A stretch of 64,000 bases of DNA from a virus. This document shows positions 18,620 to 30,100 of this stretch, piece after piece. Location of the stretch: IMG/VR virus record IMGVR_UViG_3300010883_000003, positions 32,001 to 96,000 of that record; one strand, 5' to 3'. Position 1 is the first letter of the stretch. The number at the start of each line of letters is the position of its first letter. Under the pieces are notes generated by a model. The model was given only the letters and a program-made list of their open reading frames with translations. It ran no database searches and had not been told where the DNA came from. A program made the translations under genes and the position numbers.

Positions 18620-21600
18620 ATGGCTGATTCAAAAGAACTACAGACACAATTAGGTATAAACCAGCAAATAAATAAAGTGCTGGCTGATCGTGCTAAGCAG
18701 CTCGATGCTATGTCTAAACAAATATCCGGACAGGCACAGCTAGCTAAAGAGCTGTGCGCCGCGATGGACTGTAAGGAGCTTGACGGTCTTGAAGACAGAA
18801 TAGGTTCGATCAACGCATCTCTTTCCGAAGCCGCCGATCAAGCTGGTTTAGCCGGCGCCGGAATGGATAAGATGGCCAGTGACGGGCAGAAAGGTACCGA
18901 TAAGCTCGGCGGCTCGCTTGGTGGTATCCTATCCAAAGTAACACCTATGAAAGGCGCCGCAGTCGGCGCTGGCATGGGCTTCATGAAAGGCTTCAAAGGC
19001 GTCGGTGGAATGCTTAAGATGGTTGCAGGCGGAGTCGCCGGTATAGCATCTGGTGTTGCAAAAGTCGGCATGAGCATTATTGCCATTCCTTTTAAGATTT
19101 TAGGCGGATTTGTCGATGCGGCAGCCGCCGGCTCTGGCGGGGTTGACGCGTTACGTCAAGCAATGGAGAAAGTCCGTGGTGAGTTTGGCGATCTAGCCAC
19201 CGGTGAAGGCAAGGCCTTAGTAGATGGTCTTGATACTATGCGGGGTTCCTCTAGCGCCCTTGCCAAGTCCGGTATGAACCTTGGTCAAGTGTTCGGCTAC
19301 GGCAAAGCTGGCGCGGCAGCCATGCTGGAAGCTGTTTCTGGAATAGCAAAAGCAGCTGGCGCAAACTTCTCCATGATGGGCGCGCAAATCGCGGGCGCAG
19401 CCGACAAAATGGTTATGATGAACAAGGGCCTTGGTATGACCAACGAGGCTCTTGCGGAAATGGCCAGAAGAGCCCATAATACCGGCCAAGATGTGGGTCA
19501 AAATCTAGTTGACATGGGATCCATGGCGATACAGATGGGAAACAAATTTGGCGTCTCTGCTAAGACCATTGGTAAGAATATGTCTGCGCTCATGGAAGAT
19601 GTCGAAAACTTCGGCGGAATGAGTAAGAAAGAATTCGGCGCGACTGCTACATACATGGCTAAGTTAGGTTTAGAAGCTAAAGACCTCCAGGGTGTTATTG
19701 GTAAGTTCGATGATTTCGAGTCTGCTGCCGGATCTGTATCACAGTTAAACCAAGCTTTCGGTATACAGCTTGACACCATGGAAATGATGAATGCCGAGAA
19801 TCCAGCTGAGCGCATCGACATGATGAAAAACGCGTTCCATGAAGCTGGCAAGTCAGTCGAAGATATGACCCGCCAAGAAAAGAAGCTCATGGCTGAGCAA
19901 ATGGGTCTGTCTGTATCCGCGATGGAGAATGCTCTAGCAACAGAAAATATGGGCACCTCTTATGAAGATATGGAAGGCGCTGCCTCAGAAGCTGAAGCTA
20001 ATAAGATGAGTGAGAACGAGGTTATGCTCGAACTCGCAAAATCCGTCGAAAAAATGGTCAAAAGTGGTCAGAAGGTCGATGGATTCTTCGACTCGTTTAG
20101 GAAAGGATTCGCAAGAGGATTCAAGCAGAATAAAGAATATATGGAATCGATTCGAGCGATCCGGGAGTCGCTAAAGGTCGTAGGTAAATTTGGTAGAGAA
20201 GTCGGTAAGATATTCGCTGAGATGATGGGTACAATGGGCCTATTCAAATCTATTAAGAAGATATTCGATCCAGCAGCATTAGGAGAGATGCTTACAGGCG
20301 ATGGCGGTCTCTTAGGAATGTTGAAAAAGTTCCAAAAATCGACCGCAGAAGGTGGCGATTATAGCTTAGCTGATATGCTAAAAGATATGTTCGCTAGAGT
20401 TAAGAAATATCTTACAACTGGTGCCGTAAAAGAAGGTGGTGACGGTTTCGCTGTGTGGATGGAGAAAATGATCCGGTTCATGGGTGATGGTCTTGCTTCT
20501 GCACTTCCCTTTATCGTAGAAAAGATAACTGAAACGATTCAATTTATAGCCGATGTAATCCGTGACCCATCGAAGCTGTCATCGATTGGTAGCGCCGGAC
20601 AAACTGGTATAGGCGGCGCGCTAGCTGACTCTTTTTCTAAGATTGGCGAAGCGCTTGCACCAGTTCTGCCGCTACTTTGGGATGCGTTTAAAGACCTATT
20701 CTCTGCCTTATACGAAAAAATCGAACCGTTCTTGATGTTCGGACTTAAGCGTATCATCCTATTTGCTGTAGTGAAAGCAGTCGTGTCCGCGCTGGCTAAC
20801 GCCGCCGCGGGAGCAGCAATCGGCGGCGCCGCGAAGCTCCTCGCAAAGGGTCTAGGCATGAAGATGGGTAAGGGTATGGACGAAACCGCCGGCAAGCAGA
20901 TGCAGAAGAGCGGCGGCGGATTCTTTAAGGGCTTAAAAAGTATGCTCCAATCTATTGGCAAGATCAAGCCCACCACCGTTGCCAAAGCAGGATTTAATTT
21001 GCTGATTTTGGCCGCCTTCGCGGCTGGATCAATGGTCGCATTTGCACTAGGTATTAGGGCTGCTTACGAAATCTTAAAATCTGTTTCATGGGAAGGTCTA
21101 GCGAAGGTTTTTGTTGTATTAGCAATCTCTATTTTGGCAATGATACCGTTTGTGTTGGCTGCGCTAATGATGGAACCAACAACCATCACCACGGCCGGTT
21201 TAATGATGCTTATCGGCGCCACCTTCTTCGCCATCTCTGTCGTCGCATTTGCGGGTGCTATTAGAATAGCGTACGAGATTCTAAAGCCCGTGGCCTGGTC
21301 GGCTTTTGCATCCATACTCGGGATGGTTGGTGTTGCCATTCTGGCTACTATCGCTCTTGCAGTTGTTGGATTAGCTTTTGCGAGCGTAGCCCCTGCGGTA
21401 CCAGCTATGATTGTTGGTCTAGTCGCAGCAGCCCTCTTATTCACTGCAGGAATAGTAATATACGCTAAAGCCATTGCCATAGCTTATGATATACTAAAAT
21501 CTGTACCGCTGGCAGAGTTCGCGGAACAAATAAAAACAGTAGGGCTGGCTCTTGCAGCCACTGTCGCGTTTGGGGTGATCGGAGGTACTCTTGCAGCGTT

Positions 21601-23251
21601 CTTCCCTCTTGTTCCGATGATGGTTATTGGCCTAGTCGCAGCAGGTACCTTGTTCACAGCCGGGGTCTTCATCTTTGGTGAAGCAATTATGATGTCTCTC
21701 CCTATGTTTAAAAAGATTGCCCAAAATGAACAGGCTGTTACTGCAGGTATGTCCGCACTAGATACAGTCGTCAACGCCCTGGGCAAAATGGGTTTATTGG
21801 CTGCGGTATTTACTGCTTTTGGACCGTTCGTCGGTATTCTTAAGCGGGGGTTTGCCAAAGCCGCTGACTTCTTTGTAAGCTCGGCTGGTCATATAGAGGG
21901 AATGATCGGCGCTGTTCTAAAGATCCCCATGTCAAACCCTGAAGACGTTGCAAAACGAATAGAGATTGTTGCACTAATAGCTGAAGCGATGCAAAGTCTA
22001 GCCGGTATCGGTCTAGAAGCTGCCAAAATGGGTATTGTTTCTGAGCTAATGGGCGGGACAGATATGCCTACGATGTTTAAATCAATGGGAGACTTTCTCG
22101 GTAAGATAGCGAACATCATGATTGTGATGATATCGCTGATCGTTTCTCTTGCATCTGGCTTGAGCGAAAGTGACATGAAGGGTGTGGAAGTCATTGCGAC
22201 AGTTCTACAAGCTATCGCCGCCCTCGCCTCCGCACTGTTCTCCCCGCTTGAAGCTGTGTCAAAAATGTCATCAGGTATGTTCGGTCCTAGTGTCTCGGAA
22301 GCTATGGGTGCTGTTGTCGGAGGTATCACTCAGCTCATGCTCGCAATCTATATCTTCTTACCAGCGCTGATTACTAAAATAATCGAAATTGCGAACGGTA
22401 TTCCAGGAGATCCGGCAGCGCTAAAACCAAGGATGGAAGTAATCGCAATAGCGCTAGGAGCCGTTGGGAGTTTTGCTAAAGCCATCGGTGACGTGGCTAA
22501 GCTCATGCCGGAAGAGGGCGGCGGCTTCTTCGGTGGCGGAGCTAGTATGGCTGAGCGGCTCGCCGATATGAGCAAAATTATCAGATCGGTTGTCGAGTCA
22601 GTAAAGAAGCATATGCCACCTCTTATAAAGGATCTCCTAAAAATAGAGATCCCGGGAGATCCAGCCACTGCCAAAGCAAAAATTGAAATCATTGGATCTG
22701 CCATGACGGCCATCAGTCAATTTGCGGATGTCATCTCAAAGCTAGCTGGTATGGCCGTCCCAGATGGCGCATCAATGGGAAGCTTAATTCGAAATATCGT
22801 TACCGGTGTTAAATCTGCTTTAACTGGTGACGACGGTCTGCAAGGATTGTTTACAGCACTGGGCGGCGTAACTCTTGATGAGTCCGCGCTGGCACCCCTT
22901 GATGCAGCGAATACAGCTTTAGAAAAGTTAACGAGCTTCGGTGCCAATATTATTAAGATGCAAGAGAAAATGGCGGAAGTCCCGGGCGGCGGTCTAGCCA
23001 CAGCCGTGACGTCGATGGTTACAGAGGCGAAACTAGCCGTTGAAGCGATGAACTCCCTCGGCGAACTAGACGCCACAGTAGCGCTTGATAACTTTGCTTC
23101 CGCCATCGGAACGGGTCAGGGAGAATTTACTATCACCAATGAACCAATTAATATTACGATCAATATGAATGTCACTATGGACGCGAACGAGGTCGGTAAG
23201 GTGCTGGTTAATAAATCAGTAATGACAACGCCTCTAACAACTGCGGAGTAA
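18620..23251 (+). CDS. tape measure protein
   Basis: 1543 aa, Ala/Gly/Met-rich and helical, with ~70-aa hydrophobic repeats; downstream of the chaperone pair. Confidence 0.85.
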   Translation: MADSKELQTQLGINQQINKVLADRAKQLDAMSKQISGQAQLAKELCAAMDCKELDGLEDRIGSINASLSEAADQAGLAGAGMDKMASDGQKGTDKLGGSLGGILSKVTPMKGAAVGAGMGFMKGFKGVGGMLKMVAGGVAGIASGVAKVGMSIIAIPFKILGGFVDAAAAGSGGVDALRQAMEKVRGEFGDLATGEGKALVDGLDTMRGSSSALAKSGMNLGQVFGYGKAGAAAMLEAVSGIAKAAGANFSMMGAQIAGAADKMVMMNKGLGMTNEALAEMARRAHNTGQDVGQNLVDMGSMAIQMGNKFGVSAKTIGKNMSALMEDVENFGGMSKKEFGATATYMAKLGLEAKDLQGVIGKFDDFESAAGSVSQLNQAFGIQLDTMEMMNAENPAERIDMMKNAFHEAGKSVEDMTRQEKKLMAEQMGLSVSAMENALATENMGTSYEDMEGAASEAEANKMSENEVMLELAKSVEKMVKSGQKVDGFFDSFRKGFARGFKQNKEYMESIRAIRESLKVVGKFGREVGKIFAEMMGTMGLFKSIKKIFDPAALGEMLTGDGGLLGMLKKFQKSTAEGGDYSLADMLKDMFARVKKYLTTGAVKEGGDGFAVWMEKMIRFMGDGLASALPFIVEKITETIQFIADVIRDPSKLSSIGSAGQTGIGGALADSFSKIGEALAPVLPLLWDAFKDLFSALYEKIEPFLMFGLKRIILFAVVKAVVSALANAAAGAAIGGAAKLLAKGLGMKMGKGMDETAGKQMQKSGGGFFKGLKSMLQSIGKIKPTTVAKAGFNLLILAAFAAGSMVAFALGIRAAYEILKSVSWEGLAKVFVVLAISILAMIPFVLAALMMEPTTITTAGLMMLIGATFFAISVVAFAGAIRIAYEILKPVAWSAFASILGMVGVAILATIALAVVGLAFASVAPAVPAMIVGLVAAALLFTAGIVIYAKAIAIAYDILKSVPLAEFAEQIKTVGLALAATVAFGVIGGTLAAFFPLVPMMVIGLVAAGTLFTAGVFIFGEAIMMSLPMFKKIAQNEQAVTAGMSALDTVVNALGKMGLLAAVFTAFGPFVGILKRGFAKAADFFVSSAGHIEGMIGAVLKIPMSNPEDVAKRIEIVALIAEAMQSLAGIGLEAAKMGIVSELMGGTDMPTMFKSMGDFLGKIANIMIVMISLIVSLASGLSESDMKGVEVIATVLQAIAALASALFSPLEAVSKMSSGMFGPSVSEAMGAVVGGITQLMLAIYIFLPALITKIIEIANGIPGDPAALKPRMEVIAIALGAVGSFAKAIGDVAKLMPEEGGGFFGGGASMAERLADMSKIIRSVVESVKKHMPPLIKDLLKIEIPGDPATAKAKIEIIGSAMTAISQFADVISKLAGMAVPDGASMGSLIRNIVTGVKSALTGDDGLQGLFTALGGVTLDESALAPLDAANTALEKLTSFGANIIKMQEKMAEVPGGGLATAVTSMVTEAKLAVEAMNSLGELDATVALDNFASAIGTGQGEFTITNEPINITINMNVTMDANEVGKVLVNKSVMTTPLTTAE

Positions 23252-23253
23252 TA

Positions 23254-23451
23254 ATGAAAGATAATAACCAAGGATTAGAAGAAGTACTTCGGCAACAAAA
23301 GTCTGGTTTTACAAAGATTAAAAACGATTTTAAAGAAGGTAGCACGAGTCCTGCGATTAATAGCTTACTAGAGCTTATAGACTTTATTCGTAATGACGAA
23401 GACGCCTTAAGCAAACTACAAGAAGAGATTGTTAGACATTATGGCGAATGA
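23254..23451 (+). CDS. small hypothetical protein
   Basis: 65 aa ORF filling the gap, GGAG SD. Confidence 0.55.
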   Translation: MKDNNQGLEEVLRQQKSGFTKIKNDFKEGSTSPAINSLLELIDFIRNDEDALSKLQEEIVRHYGE

Positions 23452-26400
23452 AAAAGATTATATTCCCGAAGGTTCTGGTACAGAAGGTCAGTTTAAAGAG
23501 GGCGATGATCTAAAAAACTCTTCAAAAGATACTCTAGGCTCATTTTTGAGCGCAAAAACAACTAACGCTGCTACACTTAATGAGTTCCCTATAGAAGACG
23601 CACCGCGTACTGAAATTTCGTTACAAGGGTCCGCTGGTCGTCCTGCAGAGTTCACAACAGGTGGCCAGGATGGAAACCCTGGCTTTACGAATACATTCCC
23701 TTCTGGACCAGGTTCTTCCGAAACCAGTGTGAGCGATTTTGACACACTAAGCGATTCTGGGAAAATTGAAACGCTTTCCGATGTATTAAACAAAAACGCA
23801 CAGTCTGATGGACATTCACTTCTTAGGGATATCGTTTCGAATCGCCAGCCTGGTGAACCCGGTATCGGCGCTACTGCCGGTGCTAGCGCAGCAGCAGATC
23901 CAACCAAAGCCACTCCGCTGCAGAAAAAAATATCGTCGATGTTAAAGATGGGTAATAGATTTGATCCAACTCCTGGTTCATCACCCTATATAGAGGATGG
24001 ACAGTTTACAGAACCAGGGATCCCTATAGAGCAAGGAGCGTTTGGTGTATACAATGACGATGCTGTAAGAACATCACTTGAAGATCTGCACAAGATATCT
24101 TCATCTATGCTAGTTCGACAAGCTGGACATGCATATGGTAACACAGATCCGGAAAGCGTGAGTAGTTTGTCAACCACGGGTGTTCAGATGGGCAGCGAAA
24201 AAGTTGGCGTATCTAGGTTAAGACCTCGGAATGCTTATAACGCACCCTCAAAAATAGATCTGCAAAATGCCGAACTAAGATTTGATGATCTGACGGGAGA
24301 CGCGTTACTAGATAAAGAGTCTTACGGTGTCTTATCGACATATAAAGAGCCGTTTGGCAAAGCCCCTCTAGCAAATATGAATACCGCGCTACAGTCACTG
24401 GCGGAGTATCTTGTAGGTGCTGCTGTTTTTACTGCCATTACTTCGCTGGTCGAGGTTCTTGAAGTAGGTACCGCTACCCCCTTGCCAGGAAAGCCTCACA
24501 CGTTAAAGAAGGGTTCTTGGAAAAAAGAGCCGGCACAGTTGCGTATGATTCGTCAACTAGGGTTCCCATCCCTAGACCGTCCCGCGTGGTTATGCTTTTG
24601 TTATGGCTTAGGGGCATTTTTAAAGCTTCCGCCCTCCGCCTTACCTGACCCATCTGGACCGCCACCTCCTATTCCAGGCGGCTGGACAGCCGTAGGCGCA
24701 TGGTTCACAGGTGTTTTGGCGGATGCCGACTCTGTCTTCTTTAACATGCTGTATGGGGCTGGATATTACGCAAACATTATGCGGGTAATGAGAAGAGATT
24801 TAGAGACTATGCTAGAAGAAATAGAACTAGCTACATCTTCCTCAGGTCCAGATCCAGCGATTATAATGTTTAATATGATAACTAGTCTAAACAGCTATCC
24901 GGCTTGGAATTTCTTTACAGCGATACTAAGAATGGGCGATGTATGGTTATCATCATACGAAAGACACATCAGATTCGCCAGTATGAATACCACAGGTCAG
25001 ACCCGCCAGAGACTTAGTCGAGATCCGGGGGGATCAAAAGGTCTGGCATGGAGGCATAGCAGTGCTCCAGCATTAACTCTGTTAAACGAAAAATATGTAA
25101 ATGCGTCTACGGTGTTTGGTTATGATCCTACGTTTATGCAACAACTGCATAATACTATAGGAGATACTTATTCTAGAAGTGATAAGAGCCCGTATAAAGA
25201 CAGTGGTAAAAGAGGTACTCAAGCGAGAGGACTATTTGCAAGTAAGCCGCAGGCAGGAAAAAGATACACATCAGAACAAGTCACGGAAATAGAAAATGAG
25301 CTTGATGCAGAGTATTGCCCGTTTTATCTACATGATCTAAGGACTAATGAAGTTCTTGGGTTCCATGCTTTCTTAGGTGACTTAAAAGATTCGTATTCAA
25401 TATCTTATGCCGAGTCTGGTGGATATGGCAGGATTGATAAAGTCAAGATATACCAAGATACGACTAGATCTATAAGCTTGAGCTGGACCATGGTCGCAAC
25501 AAGTCCTTCAGACTTTGATTCTATGTGGTGGAGCTTAAATAAGCTTATATCTATGATATACCCACAGTTTTCGATGGGTAAGCCTGTTACGGCTGGTAGC
25601 AAAAAGTTCATTATGCCATTCTCTCAAATTCCAACTGCTAGTCCTGTTTTGAGACTGAGAGTTGGTGATGTAATTCGTAGCAATTATAGCAGATTTAATC
25701 TAGCTAGAATATTCGGTCTAAGTGAGGTAATGCCGGCACCAGACACCGAAGCCGGCGCCACGAGTGGGACTGGTCCAGCCGGCGCAGAGTTTAGGGCAAT
25801 CGCCGGCGCCACGTTTGATATATCTGCAACAGCAAAGGTGGATTCTGCTACCGCAGCTGCGTCAAGCGCAACAGCTACCGCGGCGTCGACTCACGCGGAT
25901 GCTTTAATTGCGAGGTTTAAAGATGAGCCATCATCGTACTCTGACGTTAAGCAGGGCTTTTTACCAGGTGACCCAACCTGGGGTAAAGCTACACTCAAGC
26001 CCGGTGCATATACAACATATGATACTAAAGCCGGTAATGTGGTAGAGGTCACAGACGGTACTGCATCACCAGAATTAGCAAAAAATAAGCACACCGCAAA
26101 CACACCTGATACTGGAGCGACCCACGTCTCCACCGTACCGTTTGTTAGTAGGCCTTCAGCTGCGGGTACAGTCACTATCTGTGAGAGAATTGTTGTACCG
26201 CCTAACACCGGCGATGCTATAGACCAAGATTCTGACGAAGCAAAAGAAAAGCCTCACGCAGAATATTACGTTCAATATGTTAACCAAGATGATGAAGCTG
26301 ATCCTTATGGCAAAGCTTCAGACAAACGTCACTTTCACACATATGTTGTTACTTCTGCGGATTTAGATCCTATTCCGCCACCTCCCCCCGCCGCAACACT

Positions 26401-26857
26401 ACCAGCTGATTCTACAGTAACTCTCTCCGATCAAATAACAGACGTTGGTGACTTTTTTAAGCCCGAAAATAACGCGATAGTAAGATCATTCGAAGCTGCC
26501 GGCGGCCGTGGTCTCGCTGGTGTTATAACAAGCTTTGATATGGATTGGGGTGAAGCACAATGGGACATGAGTGGGATAGGTAGACGAGCACCAACTATGT
26601 TAAATATCTCCATATCATTTAGCCCAATCCATGATATCATACCAGGTCTTGATAACAACGGTATGATGCGCGCCATAAACTATCCAGTCGGTAATATAGC
26701 AGGACCTCTAGGCACAGACTTTTACGATAAGGGTGGCATAAAAAACGATTCAATTGCAACTACAGGTAGGATACCCGGTTCCGATTCACCTAACGACGCC
26801 GCGAGAGAAAATTATGTTAAATTCGCAAAATCTGCTAAAATGCCTGGAGGAGAATAA
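23441..26857 (+). CDS. baseplate tube-initiator-like protein (gp48/gp54-like fold) with long N-terminal extension
   Basis: FHAFLGDLKDSY...GYGRID.V.IYQDTTRSISLSW...PVLRLRVGD and GVITSFDMDW...W...RAPTMLNISISFSPIHD; lies after the TMP. Confidence 0.6.
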   Translation: MANEKDYIPEGSGTEGQFKEGDDLKNSSKDTLGSFLSAKTTNAATLNEFPIEDAPRTEISLQGSAGRPAEFTTGGQDGNPGFTNTFPSGPGSSETSVSDFDTLSDSGKIETLSDVLNKNAQSDGHSLLRDIVSNRQPGEPGIGATAGASAAADPTKATPLQKKISSMLKMGNRFDPTPGSSPYIEDGQFTEPGIPIEQGAFGVYNDDAVRTSLEDLHKISSSMLVRQAGHAYGNTDPESVSSLSTTGVQMGSEKVGVSRLRPRNAYNAPSKIDLQNAELRFDDLTGDALLDKESYGVLSTYKEPFGKAPLANMNTALQSLAEYLVGAAVFTAITSLVEVLEVGTATPLPGKPHTLKKGSWKKEPAQLRMIRQLGFPSLDRPAWLCFCYGLGAFLKLPPSALPDPSGPPPPIPGGWTAVGAWFTGVLADADSVFFNMLYGAGYYANIMRVMRRDLETMLEEIELATSSSGPDPAIIMFNMITSLNSYPAWNFFTAILRMGDVWLSSYERHIRFASMNTTGQTRQRLSRDPGGSKGLAWRHSSAPALTLLNEKYVNASTVFGYDPTFMQQLHNTIGDTYSRSDKSPYKDSGKRGTQARGLFASKPQAGKRYTSEQVTEIENELDAEYCPFYLHDLRTNEVLGFHAFLGDLKDSYSISYAESGGYGRIDKVKIYQDTTRSISLSWTMVATSPSDFDSMWWSLNKLISMIYPQFSMGKPVTAGSKKFIMPFSQIPTASPVLRLRVGDVIRSNYSRFNLARIFGLSEVMPAPDTEAGATSGTGPAGAEFRAIAGATFDISATAKVDSATAAASSATATAASTHADALIARFKDEPSSYSDVKQGFLPGDPTWGKATLKPGAYTTYDTKAGNVVEVTDGTASPELAKNKHTANTPDTGATHVSTVPFVSRPSAAGTVTICERIVVPPNTGDAIDQDSDEAKEKPHAEYYVQYVNQDDEADPYGKASDKRHFHTYVVTSADLDPIPPPPPAATLPADSTVTLSDQITDVGDFFKPENNAIVRSFEAAGGRGLAGVITSFDMDWGEAQWDMSGIGRRAPTMLNISISFSPIHDIIPGLDNNGMMRAINYPVGNIAGPLGTDFYDKGGIKNDSIATTGRIPGSDSPNDAARENYVKFAKSAKMPGGE

Positions 26858-27150
26858 TGGCCACTAGATACCGTCGCGCCCCTAAGCTTAGAGGTGGTAA
26901 ATCATACGGCACGTACGCAGCTGGTAATGTAATATACAGAGCATGTCAACAAAGCGCAATTGCATATACTACGTATGTAACGAAAGAAAGCGAAAGGCTT
27001 GACATCATCGCTGGTGAGCACTACGACGATGGTAACCTATGGTGGGTCATAGCTGCTGCAAGTAGCATCGGGTGGGGTCTACAAGTTCCTCCAGGCACGC
27101 AATTGTTAATACCCACAGATTTAGCACAAATAGAAGCGTTGATAGGTTAA
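26857..27150 (+). CDS. LysM/gp53-like baseplate wedge protein
   Basis: ERLDIIAGEHYDDGNLWWVIAAAS...PPGTQLLIP. Confidence 0.85.
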   Translation: MATRYRRAPKLRGGKSYGTYAAGNVIYRACQQSAIAYTTYVTKESERLDIIAGEHYDDGNLWWVIAAASSIGWGLQVPPGTQLLIPTDLAQIEALIG

Positions 27151-27153
27151 GCA

Positions 27154-30100
27154 ATGGCAATTTACGACTCAAAACTTGCTATGATTGTAGAGGCGTTAGG
27201 TCGCTACTATAGCGTTGTGTCAAAAGAGAAGTTTATGTCTATTCTCGCATTCGGCGACGACAATGCTATAAGCTCATTTGGCTCTGTAAACCTTGATCCA
27301 ACACCAGAAATGAATAAACTAGTTCGTACGTTCACTGATGCTACTGAAGGCGGCGTCATTATGACAAAGAACTTTACTGCTCTTAAAGATATTGCTACAG
27401 GTGATGAAGCTGGAGAGATTGAGCAAATGGCTCAAAAATTGTACCGATATGTTGGTGAGCCTTCTGCATTTGAAACTATATGGGACTCTTCGTGGACAAA
27501 AGTTTGTTCTCAAATAAGCGTATCTGATTTTTGCAAGATATCACCCGGTACCGATGGCAGCAGAGATGGGACCATTAACGGTGCGTTTGCTTCACCAACT
27601 AAATTTACACCTAATCTATGTGCACTAGAAGTAAAGAACCCTAAGTTAGTTCCAGCAGCAAGAGATTCCGGCGCAGCTGGTCTTTTCATGAATTGTATAC
27701 CTACTCTAGAATTCTCAAGACTTCAACCGCATCTGGATATTACGCTAGTGTCGCCCAGGGATGGGATGAGTGATTCCGGAAAAATTCAGTCTATTGGCTT
27801 AATGCAGCATCTTATTGGTCAAAGTCAACCTTCATCAGATGCTAATAAAAGTCTAGCGTCAGCAGTTGACGAAAGCGCTGTCCAAGGAATGCTTGAGGCA
27901 GCGGATGCCGACGCAGCTGCTGGCGGGGCAGATACTCAAGTATCATCAGCCGATATTGCTGTTTCCACGGCAGGAATGGAGATGTTTACAGCACCCCAGA
28001 CGTTGGTCCCCCATATAAATGGTCAACTAGAAACCTATGGCGACTATGAGTCGTTTTCAAACGTGATAGGAGACGATGGTGAGCCTATTTCATCAGGTGG
28101 CCGCCGCGGCGCAGCAATAATAGACCCATTTCGCCCTCTTATGAGTATCGAAGGTTTTGCAATAACAGTGAGCCCTTCACGTGGTATGATGTCTCATAAG
28201 ACTGCTGAACTATCACTTACACTACATGATCGGTCTAGACTATCTGAGGTTGCTGAATTTGTAAAGCCTGATCTATATGGTCACAGTGAGTTAATGATAA
28301 CGTACGGGTGGTCTCATCCTGACGACTCTGCCTCGACTTCTACAGACGGTGTCAGGTCTGGTAATTTTTATGGTTCTTTCTTAAATGCCATGAAGGTCAC
28401 TGAAAAATACATGATAGTCAATAGTAGCTTTAGCTTTGATGAAGTAGGACAAGTTAAAATTAAGCTTAAGCTTTCTATGAAAGGTGCTAGCAATCTAGAC
28501 ACGAATAATATAGGTCAAGGCGAAGATGTTGAGACTGCCGTCCAAGCCTTACAAGATATGGTGGAAGTGATTAGGCAACTGAAAGCAACTGCAATATCTG
28601 AGGCATCCTCAATGGGCGGCGGTAGCGAAGCCAGAGATGTGTTCGGTGAATCTTTCTTTTCCGCCGCTTCCGACACTAGTCGAGCGATGACTATAGATGA
28701 AGAAACCCAAAAAGCATTAAAGAAATACATCTCTGATAACAGAGGCGCAAGTGGGACAACAGGAGAGCTAGCAGGCACACTTGAAAATATGTTTGGTAGC
28801 GATGGGACCGGTGGCGCTGTCGAGGCGTTGCAAAAAACGATAGCCGACGCAATCTCTGCTAAGATGTCTCATCTTGTTTCACTGCGCACCGCGAATAAAG
28901 ATCCATTTGCTAAAACAATAACTGGTAATGAAGGAAGCACGAAGTACGTAAATATAACTAAAAGATCTTCAAAACACGTATCTCTCGGCGCCCTTGTCAT
29001 GTATATGGTTGGAAAGCCTTTAGCATCGACAAAGAGATTTGACGAAATCCAGTTTATATTTTATCCTGTAAATGATAAAGCATCGTATATTAAAGACTGT
29101 ACGACGGCTGAAATTCCTATAAACATGGTGGATTTTCAAAAGACTTTTAAAGAAAATACGAAAACTTCTATAAATCTGCCTCTTGGTCGTTTTATGAGCA
29201 TGGTCGGTAAAGAATTCGTGCATAATCAGGCTTCTGAAGCATACGGTCTTGCAGCACTATATGACACAGATGAAGAGGGAAAAAAGAAGGTTAAGGAAGA
29301 CCTCTCCGAAGATCCTACAAAGCTAAACGATGAAAAGAAAAAACGTCTTGAAGATGCTTACGGTATGGAGGCAGACATGGAATTCAAGATGCCACGAATA
29401 AGGTTTCATCTTGAAGCCGTTCCAGCAAAAGAAACAGGTCACGACGAAGGTCGCCGCTCCACTATACTAAGGATACATGTATACGACTCTGTTTGCACTC
29501 CCCACACTGCTTTAGGAAAATTAATGGCCGCCTCAAGGTCAAACTCACTGGGGTTATTAACTTCCGCCGCCAGCAAAGCTGCTAGACCACCGACGCCAGA
29601 TACAGATAGCGACGAAGCAGAGGTGTCTGTATCCCACGCCGATGCATTTTATGATGAGCTACAAAAAGCGCTGGACTATGGTCTTCTAGAGGCTGTTCCG
29701 TCGCTCTCTGAAGATGATACATCGGGCTATGATCCAGCGACCCAGCCAAATACGTATTTTCGTGTAAAGGGCGGATTCAAGGCGTTGAAAAACTTTATGC
29801 AAGCCTCAATGCCTACCATAATATACGGTAGTACAAACTCTGCTGTTCTGTCAGCAGACGTTGCTTCTATGAATAATCCTAAGCTGGCATCTATGAATAT
29901 GATGAGAAGTGGCATGGGCGGCGGCACGACAGCTCAAGGCGCCCGAGACGCCGGCGTACCTCTTCAAACAGCGCCCGTTACTCTTTCATTAACGACACTA
30001 GGGTGTCCAGTAGTCAGCTATGGCCAGAGCTTCTTTGTAGATTTTGGTACTGGGACGACAGTAGATAATGTCTTTGTAGTTTCTGGAATAAGTCATACAA

